A stretch of 64,000 bases of DNA from Chiloscyllium plagiosum (taxonomy: Eukaryota): assembly GCF_004010195.1 (NCBI RefSeq), contig NC_057729.1, forward strand, positions 15,914,344-15,978,343. Reading direction: 5' to 3'. Position numbers and translations under genes: made by a program. The notes beneath the pieces are model-generated. The model was not told where the DNA came from and made no database searches. It worked only from the letters and a program-made list of their open reading frames with translations. Positions 49,945-61,077 of this stretch are shown here, piece after piece (the stretch's first letter is position 1; each line of letters begins with the position of its first letter).

Positions 49945-50365
49945 AATGAAGTACAAGCTGAGATAGCATGAAAATCAAGCTTCTGCTTCCCCCCCGATCC
50001 TTTCCCTCAAATCAATCCTTCCCTTCCTGCTTGAATAATAATGCAAAAGAGCTGCTTCATCAACATCCACAGAATAGGCTGGAGGAAGAGAAATAATTAA
50101 CCCACAGCAGTTCTCATCTTATCATCTTATCCGACCTCCAACCTATTTCCTTGTCTAAGTTAAAGACTTTTTCTCATTCAGCTTATTCTGAGAATATGTT
50201 TGAACTAATTTGGAATGGACTTTAAGAAATAACTTGCAAAGTACTGTCAAACTCAACAGGACATGATGTATTAGTCACATCCTTTGTTAGTTTAGAAGAA
50301 GCAGTAGTTGAGATCAGATGTTTTATCTTCAAGTGAGGCAGCAGTGCTAACCACTGTGCCACCAT

Positions 50366-50682
50366 GTGGGCAGCACGGTGGCACAGTGGTTAGCACTGCT
50401 GCCTCACAGCGCCTGAGACCTGGGTTCAATTCCTGCCTCAGGCGACTGACTGTGTGGAGTTTGCACGTTCTCCCCGTGTCTGCGTGGGTTTCCTCCGGGT
50501 GCTCCGGTTTACTCCCACAGTCCAAAGATGTGCAGGGTCAGGTGAATTGGCCATACTAAATTGCCGGTAGTGTTAGGTAAGGGGTAAATGTAGGGGTATG
50601 GGTGGGTTTCGCTTCGGTGGGTCGGTGTGGACTTGTTGGGCCGAAGGGCCTGTTTCCACAATGTAATCTAATCTAATCTAAA
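50366..50682 (+). mobile_element. HE1-type SINE, full length, young
   Basis: A and B boxes, core, (aatct)n tail; preceded by an inverted copy of its own head. Confidence 0.95.
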
Positions 50683-50892
50683 AATCACATAATTATTTCC
50701 CCGATCTGTGTGTAATTTATATATCTTTCTTTTAGGTGTAAATATACCATTCTTGAGTTTTAGGGGCACCACTGTAACATGTTGGATCAATGATTATGAC
50801 AATTTCACTGAGTAGAATATAAGACATGACTCTTCAAATGCAGCAATAAGGAAATAACTGGTGTGAAAGGGAAACATGTAACAAGTGTCAAC

Positions 50893-51135
50893 ATAGAGTC
50901 AGAGTCCTAGAGATGTACAGCACAGAAACAAACCATTTGGTCCTACTCGTCCATGCTGACCAGATATTCTAAATTAATCTCATCCCATTTGACAACACTT
51001 GGTCCATATCCCTCTAAACCCTTCCTACTTATATACCCATCCAGATGCCTTTCAATGTTGTAATTGTACCAGCCCCTACCTCTTCCTCTGGCAGTTCATT
51101 CCATAGACACACCACCCTCCACATGAAAAAGTTGC
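50893..51135 (-). mobile_element. CR1/HER1 tail fragment
   Basis: Homologous to 12873-13110 and 46629-46870. Confidence 0.88.
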
Positions 51136-54100
51136 AAACATATGGAACTAATTTCATAGATCTCTATACACACCATCCCTTCATTTTTGGATCAACGTTA
51201 ACGTGCAATGATTATAAATTCAATCACCAGCTCAGATATTGGCACTATGAGAATCTTCCTGAATACATTGCATTGTGGCCAATGAATGATCAGTCACTGA
51301 GCATGAGGAGGTTACAGCTGAGCCAGGAAACTGAGAACAGCTTGTATACCAGCTTATTAAGGGTGAGGTTGCCAATCAGTACTACTCAAGTGGATTCAGA
51401 TAAAAATCAAAATGGGATGACAGAAACAATAAAAATCTTTGACAATGCACATTGAGTTTCTTGGTGTATTGGCAGGCCTGCCTGATAGCCCTATGCAATT
51501 AGCCAGCAACACGTATGGGCCAATCTTCAATGCGGCAGATGTCATCATACTGAACTAGAACCTATCCTGTCAAGCATGAAAGCCCCCTAGGACAACACTG
51601 CTGAGCCAAAACATAATACAACATTCGATGATCAATGTCTCAGTTTCAAGCACAGTGCAGTTGGAATTATCCTGATATCTCCATGCTGTAGTGAGAGCTC
51701 AGACAGAGGCCATGAGGTCAACGCCTGTTTTCTATCCCTGCTCAGACTCCTGATAACATGGGTGCACAACACATTGGTCAATGGGATATGTCATCTCCCT
51801 GAACAGTCCAGGAATTAGTTCAATAGCAGATTGCCAGGATAGTTGAGTTGCTGTCCTAGGGGATTTATGGATGTTGCGTAGAGCACAAACCTACTGTCTT
51901 CTTTCAGCATGACAGCATTCATGGTCCGACACTGCTACAAGGCAAATATCTTTGATAGCACCTGACAGGGAACCAGTCCTGACTTCTGCCTAGGGTACAT
52001 TTGGAAGTGCAACCCTTAAGGCCCAAGGACATCCTGCATGACCATTTGCAATCTCCCCCATGCAAATCCACAGTAATTTTTTTCACCCATTACTGCATAC
52101 ACGCATTATCTAGTCCAGGAAACTATCCCTGTAAGAGTGACAATGGGAATGTGCAATGAGTTAGCTGTTTTGCTCAGTTGTTCAAAGTGGAAGTAGGACC
52201 ACAATCTAATATTTCACAAAATGTCCAGTTATATGGCATCCTTCCTTCCTCCAGTTGCTCCTCCTCTCTCCCTTCCTTCTGACAGAACATTGGCATATTG
52301 CTGTCTTGTTTCCCTTAATACTGAACCATCACTCTCATACCAGATTGAAAAGTAGCATAGGTTCTACTTACCCTATGAAAGTCTCAAACAGGTTTATTTA
52401 CCAGACAAGTGATAATTTGCAGTTATGAAGAACCTTATTACATATCTTGAGTTGAGTACGCTACTGCTCGGCTTCCTCATAGTTGCTAGTCATATCCAGT
52501 TATCCTGATTCTTGACTCATTAAAGTATTTGGTCTTAAAGGAGTAATACAACAAACTTGCCCTCTCTGCCATCACTGTTCCATTCCATTTACACATGTTA
52601 AAGACAGAAAAAAATGAAAGAGAAACCCCTCTATCCAGTTGAAATGGACATTTCTTCTCCTTTGCCGTGTTACTAAACTGGCAGAAATCACCAACAGGAA
52701 TAAAGCTATCACCAAGTCTGCATGAGTAGAAGTTAGCGAAAATCACTTCACCTTCAATTTGTGAACTGGCCCTCTTGCAACAACACATTTCATCTTTGAT
52801 GAGTGATGTAAAAGGTCATAGATTAAATTTAGAAGAAGAAAGTTTAGTTGTGTGTCCTTTATGTATCATTACACTGTAGGCTGAACAGAAAGCGGCGAGG
52901 ATACAGCCTGCATTTAGTAAGATGCTCAAGGTCTACATACTATTGCAATAAATTACATTACAGGAACCAATAGCCTTGTAAATGTTACTGTTTGATAGCT
53001 CAATAACCAAGAACATGAAGAAACCTTGTCACTCATCATATTGAGCTCACAATACTTTTTTTTAACGTAGGTGCCAAGCATTCATTTATGCAACTGGAAA
53101 TTCAAACACATTGACATTTCTTTGGTGGTGCAAACAATGCTTTATCCAGCTGAATAAAATAAAGATTATAAGATGGACAGATATTCCTGTAGATCAGAAT
53201 TCTGTACACTGTATTGTTACAGGAGTCACTGAACACAGAACATTTAAATTCAGCTCCTGCAGGTTTTCATTGCTAACTTGTTTCTGACATGCCGAAGACA
53301 TTATGTGAGATTTCAATTGCAGTTGACATATTGCATAGAATAAGACGGGTTGAATTTTCCCAGTTTTGGCAGTGTTTTTTCAAGTGAGATTCGTATGTCT
53401 CTCTGGGATCGTTTACTGGAAATCAAATTTCTCTACTGAGTAAGGATTACTATTTATTACAGAAGAAAGCAGATTTCATTTACAAGTAAAGTACTGAAGT
53501 GTCGACATGTAACTCTACCAGTTAAAACTCTAACCCCTTTATGAAACTCCCCTAAACATGTGCTTACAGATGCAGACAGACACAAAAAGAAACATTGGTG
53601 TTAAGGATGGAGTGAAAAACTGGAAAAGTAATTTAATGGCTCCGACCCACAGGGTTCACTGAGATGATCCTTTATGCTTGTCAGAACTCACTGTTTGTCA
53701 ACCAATTCAGCTGTTTTCCAAATCCTTAATGGAGGTGATGAGCAAACGATTCACAAATTATAAGATCTCTGATTGATTGGTTAAAAGCCACAGTTCTCTG
53801 CAACAGGTGAGGGGAAAATAAACTGGCTTACCTCACGCTTTAGGTGTCTTTGCTGTATGGAGATGGACCTATACCCTGCCCACTTCCCAAGGTCTAAAGG
53901 CTTCTGGATAAATCGTTCACATCGACAAGCTACTTAGGTACCTGGCAGCCAATCATATAGTTGTTGTCAGGTAAAAAGAAAGCTTTTGATATCAAAACTA
54001 GTCTCAACTCCACAGACTAATCAGCTGCTTCTAGCCAGTTGAACTCACTTTGCACACGCATCTTGTGCCAGTTCATCTGCAACTAAACGTTCCCCTCAGA

Positions 54101-54637
54101 TACAATATAAACAAGACTTACAGTAGGTGCTGACGGCTAGCTTTTAAAAAGTGCAGCTATTTCTTTCACGGTCTTCATTTCTAATACAGCTATTTTCATA
54201 CTTCAATCTACAATTAAAAATAACGAAACATAAATGGCCTGCTGTGACATTTCTTATGCAGGTGTCCACTGAGCATCTTATTTGTTATACACCTGGCTTC
54301 TACAGCGCCATCTGAAGGAACTATGTGGTAGGATAGATGGAGGTGTTGCTGGTGCTGGGAAGCTCGCTTTTTGGCAATCACGCTGCTCTCACCATGATTT
54401 AATGCCCAGCTACACACTGCTTCAGACGCTGCAAGCCAGGAAGTGCCCTTCACACTGTGACCCTGCACACACTCAGAAATAGCCCAGAGTGTACAGTAAG
54501 CCTGTCAGTTCACCAGCAGGGATCTTAAACTCCTTGTGGATGGGGTGGTGAGGAAGAATGCAATGTTGTATCCTGCTGATTGAAATATAAGCTCATGTCA
54601 CCAGATTCACCCAGCCTGGGTGGAGATAGCAGACCAA

Positions 54638-55330
54638 AATTAGAGTGGTGCTGGAAAAGCACAGCCTGTCAGGCAGCATCCAAGGAGCAAGAAAAGCGAC
54701 GATTCGGGCAAAGGCCCTTCATTAGGAATGAGGCAGGATGTCTCAGGGTTGGAGAGGTAAGTGGGAAGAGGGTAGGGCTGGGGAGGAGGTAGCTAAGATT
54801 GCAATAGGTGGATGGAAGTGGGGATGAAGGTGATAGGTCGGAGAGGAGGGTGGAGTGGATAGAAATGTTCTATGGCAGAAGATGAAGCGGTCTTCCTCCA
54901 GGCAACAGGCAGTGAGGGAGTGGTGGTGGAGGAGGCCCAGGACCTGCATATCCTCGGCAGAGTGGGAGGGGGAGTTGAAATGTTTGGCCATGGGGGTTGG
55001 GGTTGATTGGTGCAGGTGTCCCAGAGCTGTTCTCTGAAGTGCTCTGCAAGAAGGCATCCAGTCTCCCCAATGCAACAGATACAGTAAATGACATGTGTGG
55101 AAGTGCAGGTGAAACTTTGATGGATGTGGAAGGTTCCTTTGGGGCCTTGGATGAAGGTGAGGGGGGAGGTGTGGGCACAGGTTTTGTAATTCCTGCGGTA
55201 ACAGGGGTTTTATGCAGAGTTTGGTGGGTTGGAAGGTGAGGACCGGGGCGTTCTGTCCTTGTTGCGGTTGGAGGGGTGGGGTTCGAGTGCGGATGTGCGG
55301 GACCTGGATGAGATGCATTGGAGGGCCCAT
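54638..55330 (-). mobile_element. Penelope-like element 3' part (family A): GIY-YIG endonuclease remnant plus pLTR
   Basis: CAHT...QSFTCTSTHVIYCIC..IGETG; AKHFNSPSHSAEDMQVLGLLH; decayed hammerhead at about 54697-54729 (CUAAUGA...GAAUC). Confidence 0.9.
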
Positions 55331-55465
55331 CACCAACTCAACCATGACCTCACCTCCCATCACCAACTCGACCATGACCTCAGCCCCAATCACCACCTCG
55401 ACCATGACTTCATGCCCCATCACCAAAGACACCTCCTTCTACTGCCCCTTTGACCATGACCTCGC
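55328..55465. repeat. 30-bp minisatellite, about 3.5 copies
   Basis: Units of ccatcaccaactc(a/g)accatgacctca. Confidence 0.9.
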
Positions 55466-56689
55466 ACCTCCCCCACCCCCCAATCACCAAACCATCATAA
55501 ACCTTTGCCTGGGAGATTTCAGACTAAGTGAGTGCAGTGCCCCAAGTCAAAGGCAATGTGCAACAGTGCAGGAAGAAGGTTAATGATCTTCTGTGCTCAG
55601 CTAGGGTAAATTCCATGACTTTCTCTCTGGTACCTCAGACCGACAGAGCTACCACTCACTCTGCTACTGCACATGAAACTCACCAAAGCTTATTTAGAAC
55701 AACTTTTGCTATTGCACACTTCATGTTCATTCAATGGCTTTCATCCACCTCACCATCTCACTCAAACACCCCTATAAGCCCACTGCACTTCCTACTTATT
55801 CACTAGCGACACCTCATCACCTCCTCTGCTCCTGCTTTACCATTCATTGCTCTTCTGTTCAGTTCCATCATACCCAATTCCCCCCTCTTAGTAGGCCCAG
55901 AGGGCCAAGACTGGCAGTGATGGACATAAGGTTTCTTGCACCATATGACAGAAAAAGATCACGCATTTGACAGACGGAGTGTGTCTTCTCATACGATGAT
56001 GTGGAGATCTCAGGGAGAGAGGCACCCTCAGCTTTACCTCCACCTCTGAGGAAGAAATCACTCACCCTCAGGGGATGCATCAACAAGGCACCCACGGTCT
56101 CCCACAACTCAGACTTTCATCTCACTGGATTCTCTGTGTAGATCAGACTTGGGAGAATAAACTGGTGACTACATCATTGGCATGTCTCAATAGCAGTTCT
56201 GGAAAGAAACGTTTCTGGCATTCAGAGGACTGGTGGACACCAGGTATCGCTCAGACTCAGAGGGAAGATAACCCAGTAATTTTGACTGCTATTGACTTGA
56301 TTCAAATACATGAGCAAAGACACAGGAACATCAGATACATGTGACAAATGCATTTGGCATGCTGGATGGAAGGATGGAGGAGTCCACGAAAGGTATTGGT
56401 GCTGTGTGTATCTTGCACTCTCCATGGAAAGGCTGACTACCCTCCGTCTGAACTACAATATGATCCCCTGATCCATCAGGTTCTCTTTTGTGCTTCTGTA
56501 TGTGGGACCTTAATGACCTTCCATCCTGCCCCATTTCATACGGGGGACAAACTGAATAGGAACAGAAAGTGATTGTTTGGCTCTTCAAACCTGCTCTGCA
56601 ATTCAGTAAGATCATGGCTAATCTGCTTGTGTTCCAAATCCACATTCCCATCTACCCCAGATCTCCTTAACTCATTTATGTAACTACAG

Positions 56690-57560
56690 ATCACAGGTTT
56701 CCTCCTTAGATATTTTTTCCGTACAGTTAGAATGTTCTTAATCTGAAATATTCCTTTAAATCTCTGCCACTGCATCTCTACTTATTTATTTCCAAGCCTA
56801 ATATTTCAGTTCACTTCCGCAAGGTCAACTTTCATGCCTGTATACTTGTCCTTATTGCAGTTTAAAATACTAGTCTTAGAACCAATCTTCTTCTTATCAA
56901 ATTAGATGTAAAATTCAAACATATTATAATCATTGCCACCTAGACTGCCTTTATTCTGAGGGAATTATAATCATTGCCACCTAGACTGCCTTTACTCTGA
57001 GGGAATTAATGAATCCTGTCATTTTATATAATGCAAAGTCTAGTAAAGTTTGCTTTCTGATCTATGCAGAACCATTGCTCTGAAGAAACTATCTTGAAAG
57101 CATTGTATGAGCTCTTCATCGAGGCTACTATTGTCAATCTGATTTTTCCAGTTTATATTTAAATTAAAATCACCCTTGATCATTGCTATTTCTTCTTATA
57201 TGCTTCTTTCTAGGATATGGTCGCTATTCAGGGGCCTGTAGATCATTCCCCAAAGTGACTTCTTCCCTGACTATTTCTCATTTCCACTCAATCCATTTCT
57301 GCATCACAAACCAAGGTCATCACCAAGTGTTTAACTAATACCATCTTTAATTAGGAGCACTTCTCATTCCCCTTTATGTAGCTTCCTATTATTCTGGAGT
57401 GTGATAAGCTTCTCAATATTCAGAACATGATCCTTGCCATTCTGCAGCACATCTTCATAACAGCTAGCAAATCATATTTATTCACCTCAATAGGTACTAG
57501 CAATTCATTTGCTTTGTTATGAATGCTACTGGCATTCATACACAGACATTTTAATTTTAT
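56690..57560 (-). mobile_element. CR1 ORF2 APE-endonuclease region remnant
   Basis: KLKCLCMNASSIHNKANELL...YDLLAV, the CR1 endonuclease N-terminal motif. Confidence 0.78.
56923..57004. repeat. 41-bp tandem duplication
   Basis: attataatcattgccacctagactgccttta(t/c)tctgaggga x2. Confidence 0.95.
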
Positions 57561-57629
57561 TTCAACGTGGTATCCAGTCTTGAATGCTGGTATATGCAAG
57601 TACAATTCTAATGTGGGTGCAGAAGCAGA

Positions 57630-58305
57630 TGGATCAGTGCACAGATCATTGAAAGTGGAAGTAGAAGTGTAAAAAGCCATTAATACTCAACGGTGCCCTA
57701 TGCTCCTATTGATCAAGCATTATTGGCTTTATTACTAGGGGTAGAGAGCACAAGAGCAGGGAGTTGATGTTGAACTTGTACAAGGCACTTGCTAGACCTC
57801 AACTGTGTGTAACTGTAGGCGTCACATTTTTAAAAAAGGTGTGAATGCATTGGAGAGAGTACAGAAACAATTTACAAGAATGGTTCCAGGAATGAGAAAC
57901 TCCAGTGAGGAGGATAGATTGAAGAGGTTGGGACTGTTCTCCATGAAGAGAAGAAAGCTGAGAGGAGATTCGATCGAGGTTTTCAAAACCATGAGTAGTC
58001 TGTACAGAGTAGATAGGGAGAAGTTGTTATCTCTCATAAAAGAAAAAGAACAAGAAGGTTTTAAAATGATGTGCAAATGAAGTAAGGTTGCTTCACATAG
58101 CAAGTAGTGAGAGTATGGAATTAACTTCCTGGAAATGTAGTGGAGGCAGGTTCAACTGAGGCGTTCAAGAGGGCACTAGATAACTGTCTGGATAGGAATG
58201 TTGTGCAGAGAAATGGGGAAAAAGGCAAGGGACTGGCACTAGTAAATAGAACTAATTCAGGCATGATGGGCTGAATGGCCTCATTCTGTGGTTCTATAAT
58301 GTTCT
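57630..58305 (+). mobile_element. CR1 LINE 3' fragment
   Basis: ALERVQKQFTRMVPGM...LGLFSMKRRKLRGDSIEVFK. Confidence 0.9.
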
Positions 58306-59577
58306 TGGGTTACTTTCTCCAACTGTCCCGAATATTTCCTCCCCTTTATTCTCCACATTAGTATTTTGATTTCCTGCCTTGATTCTAACCAATGATTTGT
58401 TATCTTGCCCAAACTTGATATCTCAATTCTCTTGTTTAGCTTAAAAGCTCTTGCCACTTCGCTAATTATGCAACTTGTGAGAGCGCTGGCCCGATTATGA
58501 CTCAGGTGGAGACCATCCCAATGGCACAGATCCCACTGTCCCTAGTACTCGTACCAGTGTCCCCAAGATTATAATGAACCCTGTGTCAATCAAAGGTCAC
58601 AGTCAATTTCTTCTGAAAATTATGTTCAACTTACCCCTCCTTAAAAAACAGTTAAATCTCTAACTTTTTTGATAATGGTCTGATGAAAGCAGGACAGCAT
58701 TCCTGCACACCCCCTATATGTGACTTGTCCAAAACAAATTTAATATTCTGCATCAAAATAAGTGAGGTATCAAACACAGAGTTTGCAGTGTAATACTTTT
58801 AACCAAAGTAGTCTGAGTGTTCAAAAGCCACTGAGGCTATTTGGAGTTATCGGCCATGCTTTGCCATACCACCAGGTGGCAGGCATGTAAAGGTGGTTTG
58901 ATATGTTCTGTGTGCATAACTCTTTGAAGTTGATTTTATATTTATGCTTCTTGTCATTGCTGTGATGTTATAATCTACCTTTGGGAGCGCTGGTGCTTCA
59001 TCACAGTGCCAAAGCAATATCTCCCACTATGACAGACCTTGTGCCAGCTAAATGAATCAGTCATTTAAATTACAGTAAAGAATGAGTCAATAATGTACAG
59101 CAAATGGGAGGAACAAGAGATTATAGCATTGAAACGTGATGTGAATATGGTCAGGAGGTGAAAACAGCAAGGATTGCTAAGGAGAGAGGCGCGTTTTATC
59201 TATATAATTCCGGATTTTCATCGTCCCCCACAGGGTTACACAGTAGATAAAAACTACATGCTCGGCACATGTCAATTAGACAGAAGGGCATATTATGCAG
59301 TTCCTATATATTATTTCAACAGTAGGGGGATGAAAGGGCAATTGCCTATAGACCAGGCACGTTCTCAGACCTGTTTCCATTCTGACATAACGTCTGTTGA
59401 AACTGTGATGTAAACCGTGTTTACTCATTTATTCTGGGTTTCTATTGTATTGCGTGGAAATTAATAACAGTTGAAGTTATCACTAGCTTCAATGCTTCTG
59501 TTACAGCCTCTTTCGAGATAGATGTTGGCCAAACCTTTAGAAAGTCACAATGCATCTGTCAGCACAGAGAGCACTTC

Positions 59578-59712
59578 ATAGGAACAGAGGAACAGGAGTA
59601 GGCCGTTCAGCCCATTAAGCTATGGCATCATGGCTGATCTGCCACCTAACTCCTATATCTTGCTTTGACCTTTACCCTTGAATATCTTCACTGATAAAAA
59701 AAAGTCTATCTC
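59578..59712 (-). mobile_element. CR1 tail fragment
   Basis: aggaacaggagtaggccgttcagccc...atcatggctgatctg. Confidence 0.6.
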
Positions 59713-61077
59713 AGATTTTCAATGATGAAAAGCAGGAGATAGTTGTCTAATTTCACCACTTTGCTGAATGTATAAGAAAATATTTATGAAGCCTAAGATT
59801 GTAATGCGGGCCTTCCTAGCAAAAGCTCTGCGACTATCGTCACCATTTTATCCTTCTCATCTGTCTACCCCCACTGCAGCCTCTTCAAGCATATAACTCA
59901 CACCCTGTTGGATGGTTGTAGTTGTACTCAGCTGCACACATGGATGAGAGGTTCTCAGGATATTGTGGCCCTGTCTTGCTTCTGGCTGGTTAGCAGGCCA
60001 GTTACAACGAAAGAAAAGAAATACAAGTTAGAATGTTAATTATTCTAGCCATTTACCACCCCTTCAATCGTAAGAATTTGTCTTGCTTTCCATCCTGAAT
60101 TTACATTCCACTCATTTCTATTTAATTTCACTCTTTTGATTTATTGTTAATCAAAATCAGGGTTAATCTTATTTATAGTTAATTGAATGTTTTTGCTTGC
60201 TGTCACAACGTCCACTGAATCAGCCCAATTTGCAATTGCTCAGTTTCTCTAATCCTACTTTATCGTATTTCTCCAACACTATATTACTTCCATTGAGTAT
60301 TTTTGTGATCTTAGAAAAAAAAAGAATGCATTATTCCAAGTGTAACCTGAAGAATGCATTTTACAGTCAATGCAACGTCTGTAGATTTAGACTGTACATA
60401 GTCTTGGTTTTACATCTTACCAATCATTATTTTAAAATTTTGTTTCCACTAATTCTGCGATTTAAAAATGACTTTTCCACTGTTACTCCGAACCCTCTTT
60501 CTAAATTTTCCTGTTCTTAATTCAATTTCATTCATTATAGCCTTTAGGCAGGAACTAATTTTAACGCATGAATCATGTATATTTCTGGTGAAAGTGGCTG
60601 GCAAATTGGAGTTCTATGTCAATCAACAGGCAGCCATCTTGGGTACAAAAATACAGTTGTGACTAGTTTGGTTATTCATCATGGGGAGGTTATGAACAGA
60701 TGCACAGATCCATTTGGATCAGGAGATGGGCACCTTCCCATCAACATCATTGAAAAATTCTCAAAAGTAACACTGTCATTTCAAGATTTGCTATTAATTC
60801 ACCCACTGGAATTGCGAGAGGCAGCTTCAGGATACCCAGGGTTCAACTCCAGCACTGTCAACTCATTGATAACATCAAGAAGCACAATTCATACTAAAAA
60901 TCACACTATTAAACATCTTGAGGTTTGAAAAAATCCAAGAAGTTTACTTTTACTCTCAGGTTTCTCTGAAACTTTTGCAAACTGCTTGGTACATTTTGTA
61001 TTACTTCCCAAAATGAGGAATTTGGAGTCCTTCCAATACAGTAAATTATTGGTGAAATTAATTATATGTACTCCATT

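Larger units (their letters stand above)
54509..55605 (+). pseudogene. Harbinger-type Myb/SANT-like (trihelix) ORF exon split by a PLE
   Basis: FTSRDLKLLVDGV...LYPAD*...PAWVEIADQ | VSAVPQVKGNVQQCRKKVNDLLCSAR, then GT donor at 55606; downstream AKTG..DIRFLAPYD (~55905-55950). Confidence 0.65.
53347..56420 (+). mobile_element. Degenerate PIF/Harbinger-like element with nested insertions
   Basis: TIR-like gggttgaattttccc at 53347; Myb/SANT-like ORF remnant; right boundary uncertain. Confidence 0.45.

Noticed and set aside
53400-54250. Solo LTR nested in the Harbinger remnant
   Set aside because: LTR-like composition and a tgaca end, but left boundary and TSD could not be defined
55328-55465. 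Repeat array as CRISPR-like
   Set aside because: Tandem units with no unique spacers, no cas genes, vertebrate context
54743-55583. 229-aa and 123-aa ORFs as host genes
   Set aside because: Made of the 30-bp minisatellite plus frameshifted PLE GIY-YIG remnants
58560-60950. TE-poor blocks as enhancers or conserved non-coding elements (also 20500-20900, 24280-24700)
   Set aside because: Short AP-1 or CRE-like motifs occur by chance; needs cross-species alignment
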